From assembly GCA_963716725.1 (NCBI GenBank), contig CAVQUB010000021.1:32001-96000 (forward strand): a stretch of DNA of 64,000 nt, read 5' to 3'. The notes beneath the pieces are model-generated. The model did not search any database and was not told where the DNA came from. It saw nothing but the letters and a program-made list of their open reading frames with translations. The translations under genes and the position numbers were made by a program. Positions 22,346 through 32,248 of this stretch are shown here, in pieces. Numbering within the stretch: position 1 is the first letter of the stretch; the number at the start of each line of letters is the position of its first letter. This DNA is from an uncultured delta proteobacterium (GTDB taxonomy: Bacteria > Myxococcota_A > Polyangia > Polyangiales > Polyangiaceae).

Positions 22346-22349
22346 CTAG
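21843..22349 (+). pseudogene. GxxExxY protein (PD-(D/E)XK nuclease family), degenerate
   Basis: VIGALIEVHRHLGPGQMESAYEACL, PIHEAQVITYLRL, GLLVNFN; the YRLDL segment is out of frame and ELK reads ELG. Confidence 0.8.
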
Positions 22350-22839
22350 AGCTCCTCGTCGATGGGGGATACGCGAAGCATGAAGCCATCGACGAAGCGG
22401 CCGCGCGCAACGTCACCGTCTACGCTCCGCTGCCCAAGCCCCGCGACGACGACGGCTCTGACCCTCACCGGCCGAGGGATACCGACAGCGCAGCCGTTGC
22501 CGCCTGGAGACAGCGCATGGCCACCGACGAGGCCAAGCAGATCTACCGGCAACGGGCCGCGACCGCCGAGACCGTCCACGCGGACGCCAAAACGCACCGC
22601 GGGCTCGACTCGCTGACCCTGCGGGGACTCGACAAGGCACTGGCCAGCGTGACGCTCTTCGCGCTCACCTACGACATCCTGCGCGCCATCACACTCGGCG
22701 TCTGACCCCGCCACCGCTCTGCTTCCGCGCTCGGACCACCCGAATCGCGTCGCGCCCCACGCGCTCCCGCCCTGCGCCTGGGACTCGCCCTCGCTCGATT
22801 TCCCGGCGGCGCACGCTCAACCGATTTCTTCTCACCCTC

Positions 22840-23781
22840 TCAGTTGGGCAGCACGACTTTGTCGTAGATCTTGAAGTCGTCGAAGTCGCCCATGCCGTGC
22901 GCGGCGTGGTTGCACTGGTAGTTGCCGATGTACATGTACTGCGGAAGGCCAGCGTCGGCCGCGGGGTAGGCTTGGGTGGTCATGCCGAGTTCGACGCCAT
23001 CCAGGTAGATCTTGGTGGTGAAGTTGCCGGCGAAGTTGCTCCAGGTAACCGTCACCCGGGTCCATTGGCCCTGCACGAAGGTCAGCTTTGCGGTTGAGAT
23101 CGAGGCAAGTGGGGTGCCCTTCATCCCAAGCACCAGGGCGTTCTCGGGTGCTCCCGACTTCTTGAGCTCCATGAACATATCGCTCAGAGTGAACAGGTAG
23201 TGCACCTGATTGTCAGCCTTCTGGAAGTTCGGACGGAAGTAGAAGTCGATCGTGCCCAAGTTGAAGCCGATGTTGCCCGGCGCGGGGAACTTCGCGCAGT
23301 CGGTCTTTTCGTCGACGCGGAGCGCGCCGCCGCATTGACCGTCCACATGGGTATTGCCGGGACCTGGATAGCCGCTTCCGTTGCCGGCGATGATCGCGGG
23401 CTGCTCGATAGACTCCTTGTCGTTCAGCGTCGTGTACAACAGGACCGCGCTCATCAGGATGTCGCCACAAGTTGCGACGCTCCCGCCGGCACCGCCGCTC
23501 GCGCCGCCGGAACCGCCGCCCGCGCCGCCCGTGCCACCCGTGGTCGTGCCCCCGACGGCGCCGACGCCGCCGGAGCCACTCGCGCCGCCCGCACCACCCG
23601 TGGTCGCGCCCCCGACGGCGCCGACTCCGCCTCCACCGGACGAGCCGCCGACGCCGCCACCCGCGCCCGCGGCACCACCCGACGCCGCGCCGCCGGTGCC
23701 ATCGGTCGCGAACTCCTCCCCGCTGCAAGCCGTCAGCCAACCCAAGACGCCCAGCAGCGCACCGACTCTCCGTGCTCGCAT
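22840..23781 (-). CDS. Lipoprotein with Gly-rich linker and LamG/concanavalin-like domain
   Basis: LTAC lipobox; GTIDFYFRP, WTRVTVTW, IYLDG, YIGN, GDFDDFKIYD. Confidence 0.8.
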   Translation of the reverse strand: MRARRVGALLGVLGWLTACSGEEFATDGTGGAASGGAAGAGGGVGGSSGGGGVGAVGGATTGGAGGASGSGGVGAVGGTTTGGTGGAGGGSGGASGGAGGSVATCGDILMSAVLLYTTLNDKESIEQPAIIAGNGSGYPGPGNTHVDGQCGGALRVDEKTDCAKFPAPGNIGFNLGTIDFYFRPNFQKADNQVHYLFTLSDMFMELKKSGAPENALVLGMKGTPLASISTAKLTFVQGQWTRVTVTWSNFAGNFTTKIYLDGVELGMTTQAYPAADAGLPQYMYIGNYQCNHAAHGMGDFDDFKIYDKVVLPN

Positions 23782-23960
23782 GATCGCTCATCTTAGCAGC
23801 ATCCAACGGCGCCGCGGCTCGAACCCGTAGGGCGGCAGCAGACGGCGGCCCGCGAGCCCGCCAGAAGCGCGCCAACAATCGCCGCGCTAGGGTCGGTGTC
23901 GCCGCCGAGTTTCACCCGGTCAAATTGACAGCTACTCCGGGACTCGCGCATGCTCGGCCC

Positions 23961-24524
23961 ATGAAGGGTACGGCGATGGGTGTGGGGATCTGCGTGCTGG
24001 TCCTGCTCTTGGCGTGCAAGCAGGAAGCGAAGAAGGAAGAGCTCGCGCCCCCGCCGCCGATCGCCACTGCAACCGCCGCGGCGCCGACTCCCACCGCACC
24101 GCCCGCGCCGGCCGAGCCCGCCGCGACGGGTCCCGAGTCCAAGACCGGCATGCCCAGCGGGGGAACCTCGAAGCCCCCGACGGTCGCCGAGTGGGGAGCG
24201 GTCGGTGAGATCACCGTTCGCCACAGCACGCCCTTGGCCTGCGAGACGAAGCTCGTCCGCGAGTGGCTGCGGGTCTCGTGCCGCACACCCGACAGTTCCG
24301 CGAACCAAATCCAAGGCGTGAAGCTGACCCGCGGGGCCGACTCCGGTGGCATTCCGCCCTTCGTGAAGAAGGGCGTCGCCAGCATCGTCACGCGGGTGAA
24401 GCCGGGCATCGACGCCGATTGGACCTTCGACTGGAGCCAGTGGGGCAGGCGGGTGCTGACGGTCAAGTGGCCCAACGGAGCGCCGGCGCCGACCTACGAG
24501 TTCGACCAGACCGCGCCGAAGTGA
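23961..24524 (+). CDS. Putative lipoprotein
   Basis: LLLAC lipobox, Pro/Ala linker, small Cys-containing domain. Confidence 0.7.
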   Translation: MKGTAMGVGICVLVLLLACKQEAKKEELAPPPPIATATAAAPTPTAPPAPAEPAATGPESKTGMPSGGTSKPPTVAEWGAVGEITVRHSTPLACETKLVREWLRVSCRTPDSSANQIQGVKLTRGADSGGIPPFVKKGVASIVTRVKPGIDADWTFDWSQWGRRVLTVKWPNGAPAPTYEFDQTAPK

Positions 24525-24530
24525 GCGAGA

Positions 24531-26246
24531 TCACCACCAGGGCTCGCGACAACCTGCGAGCTCGGCGGACTTCTCCGCCCCCGAGCGCTGCTCCTTGGGC
24601 AGACTCGCAACGGCGGTCGCGGCCTGGGGCCAGGCGAGTTCCGCGTCACGGCGCGCGGCGTCGGACTTTTGGGTCTCCGCTTGGCGGGTCGCGTCGTCGC
24701 AAGTCCGCACGCCGAACGCGCAGGCGAGCAGCACGGCCTCCGCAGCCTCGAAGGCCTTCATGGCCTGACCACAGCGCGACGCCGCACCGTCCGACGCGAG
24801 AGCGAGCTTGCCGACCGCAGCGTCCCCCAGCTTCCGCTTGTCGAGCAGCTTGACCCGACTCGAAAGCGCTTCGCGGTATGCTGCCACCGACTTCGGCAGC
24901 ACGCTCGTGAGCCCCAGTGACGCGGCCGCCGTCACTGCTCCAAGGCGCACGCGGCCCGATGCGTCGACGTCGGCCAGCGGCAGCGCCATCGCGCGATGCA
25001 GTGCTGGGACGAGACGATCGCTCGGCAGATCGAGGTGGATGGCCTCGAGCTTCGCGGCGCCCAGCGCCGAGAACAGCGGGACCATGCTGGCGTCGCGTGC
25101 ACGCAGCGCGGTCTCGAAGTCGATGGAGTTCCGGATGGCGTCGATGTTCTGCGCGATGACCGCCACCAACACGCTGAGCCCGTCGTCGACAGGTTGCGCG
25201 TCGCGTTCTGCTCGAGCCACCGACGCCATGAACGCGGGAAGCGCCGCCAGATAACGCGCCTTGGGCTCGCCTGCGACGCGCAGCGAGGGGTAGCGCGCGA
25301 GAAACTGTCGGTCGTCTCGGTGCGGGATGCGACCCACGCGCATCACGGGCCCCGTCGGCCCCTCGAAGCGCCGAGCGACCACGACCTCACCCTCTGAGCA
25401 CGCCTTCCGGATACCCAAATAAGCGTCGATGGTCGTGGCTCGTTTTCCGCAGGCCATCAGCACGGCGCCGCTGCCGCTCTCAAGCGCCAACGGCACCAGC
25501 TTCGCCTCGAGCTTGCCACCCGCTTCGACCGCCAGGGGCTCGACGCCTGGACTCGCGGACGCCTGTACGGCGAGAGTGATCACCGACGCAGTCAGCGCCC
25601 ACGGCTGCGCCGTCGATACACATCGTCGCTGGTAGGTCTCGATGGCGGGCAAGGCCTCCTGACAGTCGAACTGATGGACGCACACGCCGGCCTTCGCCAC
25701 CTCGGCGAGGAGAGCGGGGCAACCGCGCCCGTCAATGCGCACGCGCTCGCCGAGTTTGCGCTGGGCCATGACCTCGAGCATGCGGACCACCAGCGGCGTG
25801 CTCCAGACCGAACACCGCGTCGCCCAGCCCTGCGCCACGCTCGCGCAGTCAGCCTCGCCGTCGCAAGCCTCGAAGAGCAGCCGCTTGGCCTCGGCCTCGC
25901 AGGGAGACGGAGGCTGAACGGCCTTCGCCGACAGCGCCGCCTCCCGCCGCTCGACCTCCGCGCTGAGCTCCGTGGCCAGCGGCTTGCAGACCCTCAGCCA
26001 ATCCCGAGCCAGCGACGCACCGTAGGAACACAGCGCGCCCTTGCACGGCTCTTCGCCCTTCAGCGTCTCGACCAGCGCAACGCACTCGGCCATCCGACCG
26101 CCGCGGATGCCTTCGGCCGCATAGAGCCACTCCGCGCTCTTCGGCTGCGGCGCCCTGGGCCCGGCTGGCGCCGGCGGCGCTTCGGGCGGTGGGGGTGGCG
26201 CAGCGCATGCCAACGCCGCCACGGAGATCAGCAAGGTTGCCCTCAT
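24531..26246 (-). CDS. Putative lipoprotein with paired cysteines
   Basis: AALAC lipobox, 571 aa. Confidence 0.7.
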   Translation of the reverse strand: MRATLLISVAALACAAPPPPPEAPPAPAGPRAPQPKSAEWLYAAEGIRGGRMAECVALVETLKGEEPCKGALCSYGASLARDWLRVCKPLATELSAEVERREAALSAKAVQPPSPCEAEAKRLLFEACDGEADCASVAQGWATRCSVWSTPLVVRMLEVMAQRKLGERVRIDGRGCPALLAEVAKAGVCVHQFDCQEALPAIETYQRRCVSTAQPWALTASVITLAVQASASPGVEPLAVEAGGKLEAKLVPLALESGSGAVLMACGKRATTIDAYLGIRKACSEGEVVVARRFEGPTGPVMRVGRIPHRDDRQFLARYPSLRVAGEPKARYLAALPAFMASVARAERDAQPVDDGLSVLVAVIAQNIDAIRNSIDFETALRARDASMVPLFSALGAAKLEAIHLDLPSDRLVPALHRAMALPLADVDASGRVRLGAVTAAASLGLTSVLPKSVAAYREALSSRVKLLDKRKLGDAAVGKLALASDGAASRCGQAMKAFEAAEAVLLACAFGVRTCDDATRQAETQKSDAARRDAELAWPQAATAVASLPKEQRSGAEKSAELAGCREPWW

Positions 26247-26359
26247 GGCTCGTCGCCTCCCTGGGGCGAGCCCGTGTTCTTAGGGCCGAAGGCCCCCGAG
26301 CCGCAAGGGTCGCCGCTTTCGCGAGACAGCCGCGCCAGCGGGATCTATAGACCGACCCC

Positions 26360-26980
26360 GTGAATCGCCCTTACATCGTCGGAGTCGCCGGTGGCACCGG
26401 CTCGGGCAAGACCACCGTCGCCCGCGCGATCGCCTCGGCGCTTCCCCAAGGCACCGCAACGCTCCTCGAGCACGACAGCTACTACCGAGATCGTCAGGAC
26501 ATCAGCTACGAAGCCCGCTGCGAGGTGAACTTCGATCACCCGGACTCCCTGGAGACGGAGCTGCTGGTCGAGCACCTCGACGCGCTCCGCAACGGCAAGC
26601 CCGTCGACGTGCCGATTTACGATTTTTCGACCCACCGACGCCGTGACGACCGGCAACGGGTCGAGCCGGCACCGGTGATCGCCGTCGAAGGCATCTTGGT
26701 GTTCACCGACGCGCGGCTGCGCGAGCGCTTCGACCTCAAGGTCTTCGTAGACACCGACGCCGACATCCGGGTGTTCCGCCGCATCCGCCGGGATCTCGAG
26801 CAGCGCGGGCGTTCCTTTCAGTCGATTCGCGACCAGTACTACAAGACAGTGCGCCCCATGCACTTGATGTTCGTGGAGCCGAGCAAGCGCTGGGCTGACA
26901 TCATCGTGCCCGAAGGCGGAGAAAACAGCGTCGCAATCGAGCTCCTGGTCAGCAAGCTGCAGAGCGTGATTCGGGGTTGA
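26360..26980 (+). CDS. udk: Uridine kinase
   Basis: GVAGGTGSGKTT, NFDHPDS, PIYDF, EGIL, RRIRRD..RGR, V.PMH..FVEPSKRWADIIVP. Confidence 0.95.
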   Translation: MNRPYIVGVAGGTGSGKTTVARAIASALPQGTATLLEHDSYYRDRQDISYEARCEVNFDHPDSLETELLVEHLDALRNGKPVDVPIYDFSTHRRRDDRQRVEPAPVIAVEGILVFTDARLRERFDLKVFVDTDADIRVFRRIRRDLEQRGRSFQSIRDQYYKTVRPMHLMFVEPSKRWADIIVPEGGENSVAIELLVSKLQSVIRG

Positions 26981-27023
26981 TCTCGCGCCCACGGAGTAGC
27001 TTGCGACGAGTCGGGCGAGCGCT

Positions 27024-27341
27024 ATGCATCCACCAATGGCGAGTCGGGTGTGCAGCTGGGCGATGGCGGCGGCGTTGCTCGTGGGCTGCGCTTCGAGCGA
27101 CGACTCCGGCGGCGCCGAGGGCGTGCCCATGGATCATCCCTTCCATCAGCATGGGTTCTTCTTCCAAGCGCGCTCCTCCGCTGGAGCATCGCCGCTGGTC
27201 TGGAAGGACACGGTCATCGTTCGCAGCGGCTCCAAGCTCGAGCTGGTGTCGCGCTACGACGAGCTGGGGCACTGGATGTATCACTGTCACATCCTGGAGC
27301 ACGCCGAGGGCGGCATGATGGGCGCCATCACCGTGCACTGA
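27024..27341 (+). pseudogene. Lipoprotein signal joined directly to the C-terminal domain of a multicopper oxidase (probable deletion remnant)
   Basis: LVGC lipobox, then HPFHQHG, WKDTV and GHWMYHCHILEHAEGGMM. Confidence 0.65.
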
Positions 27342-27485
27342 TCGTGGCACCACATGCGCCCCCGCTGCGTCGTTGCCGCCACGCCGCGCAGGTGCTAGCT
27401 GGGCGCGCGTTTCGCGCTCCATCGACGGGCGCCGGAGGGTCGGGCTGCAGCTGTGATTGCGGCACCGTGCCCGGGAGCATGTGCC

Positions 27486-30185
27486 ATGAAGAAAGCCCTC
27501 GCGTTCTCTGTTCTCGCCTTCGCTTCGAGTCTGGCGTTTTCGTGCGCCGAGAGTGAGACGGGCGCCACTGCGGTCGGCAGCTGCGGGGACGGCAAGGCCG
27601 CCGGCGTCGAGTTCTGCGATGGCGCCGACCTCGGAGGTCGCTCGTGCGTGACCGAGGGCTTCACCTCGGGACAGCTCGGGTGCAGCGCCAGCTGCACGAC
27701 TGACACCACCAAGTGCTGCAACGACCAGTGCATCAACGTGGGCGATACGACCTGCGAAGGCAACGCGCTGCGCACGTGCATGCAGGTGGCCGGGGCCTGC
27801 CGCACCTGGATCGAGAGCGAAGACTGCGCGAAGAGCGGAAAGACCTGCGCCAGCACCGGAGGCACCGCGACCTGCAAGAGCTCGAGCTGCCAGGACGCTT
27901 GCCCGACGGTCAACCAAACCCACTGCAACGGGACGGCGATCGAGCTTTGCACCGCTGGACCCGAGGGCTGCACGCTCTGGGCAGAGGCGAGTGACTGTGC
28001 CGACAAGAGCGAGACCTGCGACGACACCAGCGGGACCGCCCAGTGTTCGGGGACCTGCGTGGACGCCTGCAAGGCCGGGCAGCTCGAGTGCAGCGGCAAC
28101 GTGTTGCGCGAGTGCGCCACGACCGGCAGCGGTTGCCTGGGCTGGGTGACCAAGACCGACTGCGCACAGTCCGGGGGAGCCTGTTCGACGACCGGCGGAA
28201 CCGCCGCGTGCAGCTCCGGGTGTCCCGCCAACTGCAACAAGGCCGGCCTGCAGATCTGCTCGAACAACTCGGTTCAGACCTGCACCAAGGGCACGACTGG
28301 CTGCCTGGACTGGGTCAAGAGCCAAGACTGCGGGAGCTTGCTGTGCAAGCTCGGGGCCGGGGGCACCGCCAAATGCGAAGGCGTGTGCACGAACCCCTGT
28401 CCGACGCTGGCCGCGAAGCAGTGCAACGCCAACGTAGTCGAAGAGTGCCAAGCCACGACCGGCGGTTGCCAGGAGTGGAAGATCACCACGACTTGCCCGA
28501 TCGGCCAGGCCTGCGACGACACCGGCGGCACCTACAGCTGCAAGACGGCGACTCCGACGGGCGAAGACTGCGGACACGTCATCGTCGTGCAGAAGGGACT
28601 CAACACGATCAATTGGACGGCGAGCAAGAACGACTACCTCACGACCACGCCCGCGTGCTCGTTCTACGACGTGGACGGACCCGACGTCGTGCTGGTGTAT
28701 CAGCCGACCTTCACCGGCACCGTCGACTTCACCTTCGAGAAGCCCGCGGACAACCGCTGGGTTGCGGTCGTGGGCAGCGGCGTGTGTGGCAGCCTCGCGA
28801 ATCAGCTCTCCTGCGCCTCGGAGTACAGCGAGCCCTCGATGGGAGACAGCTTCCCGGTCACGGCCGGCACGACCTACTTCTTGTACGTCGCCGACACCAA
28901 CAGCGGCGCCGCGCCGCTCTCGAAGCCGCTGAAGCTGCAGATCGCCGAGATCAACTGCAGCACCTTCACCGCCAGCGCAGTGACCCTGAGCCCCGCCAAC
29001 GGCGCCACGACAACGTCGCTCAAGCCAAAGCTTCAGGTCACCTTCGAGACCGCCGTGAGCAACAGCGCCGGCACCGTCAAGGTGACGGGCAACAAGGGCA
29101 CGAACCTGACCTACAACGTCGCGTCCGCGAGCGAGATCAGCTTCTCGACCGACGACAAGACGATGCTGATCGAGCCGGTGAGCCCCTTCCCGCCCGGCGA
29201 GATCGTGACCGTGACCTGGACCGGCCTGGTCGATGCGAAATGCTCGAAGCCCGTCGCGGCGGCACCCTGGTCCTTCACCGTGGTCACTCCGCCCTGCACG
29301 CCGGGCAGCGCTGGCATGGTCGGCAAGACCGTGACCAAGCTGCCCACGGGCACCGCCTCGAGCTACCCGGTGGTCTACTACGTGGTGCCGGATCAGAACC
29401 CCACCGGCAACGTGTACTTCGGCGGCTCGACGGAGCTGTGGCGAGTGCCCAAGACCGGCGGCACCGGCGTCGAGATCACGAACACCGCGGGCCTCTCGTC
29501 GCTGCACCTGGGCTACGACCTGGTGATGAGCGGAACCGACCTCTTCACGGTCGAGTCCAAGTCGTCGGGCACGACGGGCTTCGTCTGGCGCATCTCCAAG
29601 GACACCGGCGCGACTTGGAACATCACTGACTTCGCGATCTTCCCCTCCGCTCCCCTCGACACCTTCGACTCGGCCAACTTGTACAAGGGCCGCATCTACA
29701 TGGTCACGACCGAGTCGGCGTCGTCGGCCAACCCGACGCAGATCTGGTCCGTCGACGCGCTGACCGCGGCCCCACCCGCGACCGCCAAGCTCGAGGCCAG
29801 CGTGCCGGGCGAGTCGTTTTGCATGGGTATCGCCGCGGACGACAAGCACTTCTACCTGACCTGCGGCACCGGCGACCGGCTGATCCGCGTCGACCGCGCG
29901 ACCTCGGCCGTCACCGTCCTCAGCGACGCCCTCGATCTGTCGACCACCCAGAACTACCTGCAAGCCAAGGACACGAACAACGACGGCAGCGCCGACTTCC
30001 TGTACTTCAAGGCCGGCGACGACCTCGTCTACTTCACCTGCAACCCCGCCGGCGCCACGCCCTACAGCGACGTGCTCGCGTCCTACGGCACGGGCTGGGG
30101 CAGCTACGGTCTCGGTTTCGACTCGGCTGCCAACAAGCTCTACGCCTGGGACGACGCCAGCTACGAGATCGTCACCATTCACTGA
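27486..30185 (+). CDS. Large Cys-rich lipoprotein with Ig-like and beta-propeller-like regions
   Basis: AFSC lipobox; CGDG..E.CDG.DLGG; repeated C.GN...C...GC..W....DC units; SPANGAT Ig-like segment; beta-rich C-terminus. Confidence 0.8.
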   Translation: MKKALAFSVLAFASSLAFSCAESETGATAVGSCGDGKAAGVEFCDGADLGGRSCVTEGFTSGQLGCSASCTTDTTKCCNDQCINVGDTTCEGNALRTCMQVAGACRTWIESEDCAKSGKTCASTGGTATCKSSSCQDACPTVNQTHCNGTAIELCTAGPEGCTLWAEASDCADKSETCDDTSGTAQCSGTCVDACKAGQLECSGNVLRECATTGSGCLGWVTKTDCAQSGGACSTTGGTAACSSGCPANCNKAGLQICSNNSVQTCTKGTTGCLDWVKSQDCGSLLCKLGAGGTAKCEGVCTNPCPTLAAKQCNANVVEECQATTGGCQEWKITTTCPIGQACDDTGGTYSCKTATPTGEDCGHVIVVQKGLNTINWTASKNDYLTTTPACSFYDVDGPDVVLVYQPTFTGTVDFTFEKPADNRWVAVVGSGVCGSLANQLSCASEYSEPSMGDSFPVTAGTTYFLYVADTNSGAAPLSKPLKLQIAEINCSTFTASAVTLSPANGATTTSLKPKLQVTFETAVSNSAGTVKVTGNKGTNLTYNVASASEISFSTDDKTMLIEPVSPFPPGEIVTVTWTGLVDAKCSKPVAAAPWSFTVVTPPCTPGSAGMVGKTVTKLPTGTASSYPVVYYVVPDQNPTGNVYFGGSTELWRVPKTGGTGVEITNTAGLSSLHLGYDLVMSGTDLFTVESKSSGTTGFVWRISKDTGATWNITDFAIFPSAPLDTFDSANLYKGRIYMVTTESASSANPTQIWSVDALTAAPPATAKLEASVPGESFCMGIAADDKHFYLTCGTGDRLIRVDRATSAVTVLSDALDLSTTQNYLQAKDTNNDGSADFLYFKAGDDLVYFTCNPAGATPYSDVLASYGTGWGSYGLGFDSAANKLYAWDDASYEIVTIH

Positions 30186-30280
30186 TCTCGGCGAAATTTC
30201 AGCGGCGGCTCGCGGCGGCAGCCTCCCGACCCTGAGCGGTCGCCGTGAGGGCCGCGAGCGCTGCTAGACTCAGCAGCGTC

Positions 30281-30841
30281 ATGGCCGCTCCAGCGCGAAA
30301 GCGCGCCACCTACGACGATCTTCAGGGGACTCCGGACCACCTGGTGGCGGAGATCCTCGACGGCGAACTCGTCACTAGCCCGAGGCCAGGGTCCCCGCAC
30401 GCCCGAGCGGCATCCAGCTTGGGCGGCGAGCTCTACGGTCCCTTTGACAGAGGCCGCGGCGGGCCGGGAGGCTGGATCATTCTGGACGAACCGGAGCTGC
30501 ACTTGAACGGTGACGCGCTCGTGCCCGACCTCGCTGGCTGGCGGCGCGAACGCATGCCCACGCTCCCTCGAGTGCCAGCCTTCGAGCTCGCGCCCGATTG
30601 GGTGTGCGAGGTCTTGTCGCCATCGACCGCGCCCATCGACCGCACCCGCAAGCTGCCGATCTATGGTCGCGAACGAGTCGGCCACGTCTGGCTCGTGGAT
30701 CCCACCCTGCAAACGCTCGAGGTGTTGCGCCTCGACGGCGCCGGCTATCGCATCGTGGGAGCGTGGCAGGGCGATACGACTGTGCGGTGCGAGCCCTTCG
30801 AAGCGCACGCCATCCATCTCTCCGACCTGTGGTCCGCCTAG
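30281..30841 (+). CDS. Uma2 (DUF820) family endonuclease
   Basis: AEILDGEL..PRP..H, EPELH, VPDLAGWR, PDWVCEVLSPST, K..IY...V.H.WLVDP. Confidence 0.92.
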   Translation: MAAPARKRATYDDLQGTPDHLVAEILDGELVTSPRPGSPHARAASSLGGELYGPFDRGRGGPGGWIILDEPELHLNGDALVPDLAGWRRERMPTLPRVPAFELAPDWVCEVLSPSTAPIDRTRKLPIYGRERVGHVWLVDPTLQTLEVLRLDGAGYRIVGAWQGDTTVRCEPFEAHAIHLSDLWSA

Positions 30842-30952
30842 CGCTTCCGGCACGCTGCCGACCAGGACCTGGGCGAGGCCCGAGCGGCCGTGCGTCTTCA
30901 GGCCCTTCCGAGGTGCGCGACAGGGAAGGACGTCGCCGTCTTCGAGCTGCGC

Positions 30953-31552
30953 TCACGCCGCAGCGGCTGCGCTCACTCGCGCGACGCCCGCGATCTCGTA
31001 GGTGTCGGTGTACTCGTCACGCACTCGGCCCTGGTCGTCGATGAGCCACGGCGGCGCGTGCCGCCGCGGGACGCGGATCCGACCGTGATCGACGTAAGTG
31101 CCGAAGACCAGATCCCAGATCGGGCTGGTGACCCCGTGGTTGGTGCCCGGGTTCGAGAAGTGGTGCGACAAGTGGTGCCTGCGAGTCCAGCGGCTGTAGG
31201 GCCCGCGGGGCGCGTGCGTGTGCGTGCGACGGTGGGCGATCTCGTAGCTCGCATAAGTGACGGCGAAGCCCGCCACGAAGGACAGCGCGCGCCGGGGTCC
31301 GAACACCAGCGAACCGAGAGTGCCAAGGGCCGCGGCTGCGACTGCTGCGGTCTTCAGCTTGCGCTCGGTCGGCGTGAAGTAACGCGTGTCGGTGTGGTGG
31401 GCCTGGTGCTCGGTCCCGAAGTCTCCGTCGAAGAGCGTGGCCTTCTGGTCGCTCTTGCGTTGCTTCGGAGCGTGACCAGCGAATCGGTGAAGGGCGTACT
31501 CGGCGAAGCTCCAGGTGGCGGCGCCGGCGACGAAGGAGATGGGAGAAATCAT
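30953..31552 (-). CDS. Fatty acid hydroxylase / sterol desaturase family
   Basis: EYALHRFAGH, HQAHH, YEIAHRRTH, HLSHH, NHGVTSPIWDLVFGT. Confidence 0.88.
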   Translation of the reverse strand: MISPISFVAGAATWSFAEYALHRFAGHAPKQRKSDQKATLFDGDFGTEHQAHHTDTRYFTPTERKLKTAAVAAAALGTLGSLVFGPRRALSFVAGFAVTYASYEIAHRRTHTHAPRGPYSRWTRRHHLSHHFSNPGTNHGVTSPIWDLVFGTYVDHGRIRVPRRHAPPWLIDDQGRVRDEYTDTYEIAGVARVSAAAAA

Positions 31553-31627
31553 GATCGACCTCGAAGGCCTACCTGTAGCGCGGGACAGCCGCCGTGTCGC
31601 GTGCGCCTCGCTTTGCGGGGCTCCGCT

Positions 31628-32248
31628 TCAGAGCGTGAAGCCCAAGGCCGCGCCGAAATACGGCATGCTGAGCGCGCTACCGGGGGTGCACTCCGCTTGG
31701 CTGCTCGCGGGTGTGCACTCGATCGCACCCGCGTTCAGAACGTGACCCGCGCCCCCGTAGACCTTCCATGAGAAGCCGCTTTCGCCCCGGCCTTCGATCG
31801 CCAGCAGCCCCCCGCCGACGATGGCCGGTTTCCACGTTCGGTGCCGTCGGGTCGCTTGGTCCTCTCCACAGATCAGGCAGTCGTTGTCGGCGTCGTAGTT
31901 CCCGACCCCGAGGAAGGGTCCGCCCCCGACGGCGAATCCGCGCGTCAGGGGCACGCGGGCGCGGGGCCAAAGCGCGCCCTGGGGACCGTCAACGTTGTAA
32001 CCGCCACCCGCTTCGATGGCGAGCCAACGGGCCGGCGAGTAGTCGGCCGTGAACCCCAGGAATCCGAAAGGACCCAGGGACAGGGCGTGGAACCAGAATG
32101 TGAAGGGGAGTCCCCAGCGATCGGCAGGGTGTGCCGTTTCTTCTACGTAGCGGGTGCCCACCTGTGGCGGGGCGGCATCACTCGCCGAAGAGCAATTCGG
32201 GTAGCTCACGAGGAGAGCCGCGGTCGACAACAGCGAGAAGAGCCTCAT
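31628..32248 (-). CDS. Exported protein, possibly a small outer-membrane beta-barrel
   Basis: Signal-like N-terminus, alternating aromatic strands, terminal YFGAALGFTL. Confidence 0.6.
   Translation of the reverse strand: MRLFSLLSTAALLVSYPNCSSASDAAPPQVGTRYVEETAHPADRWGLPFTFWFHALSLGPFGFLGFTADYSPARWLAIEAGGGYNVDGPQGALWPRARVPLTRGFAVGGGPFLGVGNYDADNDCLICGEDQATRRHRTWKPAIVGGGLLAIEGRGESGFSWKVYGGAGHVLNAGAIECTPASSQAECTPGSALSMPYFGAALGFTL

Larger units (their letters stand above)
20783..22705 (+). pseudogene. IS1182-family transposase, split by a 636-bp insertion; probable 1-nt indel near 20834
   Basis: DHPVR, GAPAIDP, SAREI, YRWL..NHHTLSDFR, QDGTRVRASA, STTDP.ARVM, YNVQ; removing the insert restores GVRPLELLVDGGY; YRQRAATAE near the end. 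Confidence 0.9.
20741..22839 (+). mobile_element. IS1182-family insertion sequence, interrupted
   Basis: Transposase motifs inside; right end GATTTCTTCTCACCCTC; left boundary inferred from the inverted homology with 19227-18980. Confidence 0.75.

Noticed and set aside
26949..30182. 1077-aa minus-strand ORF, and similar long ORFs at 14474..16672, 34104..36413, 41923..43809 and 53868..55895
   Set aside because: Antisense or off-frame shadows of recognisable genes, expected in high-GC DNA.
30281..30841. Uma2 gene as a defence or mobile module
   Set aside because: Solitary gene with no partner or flanking repeats seen.
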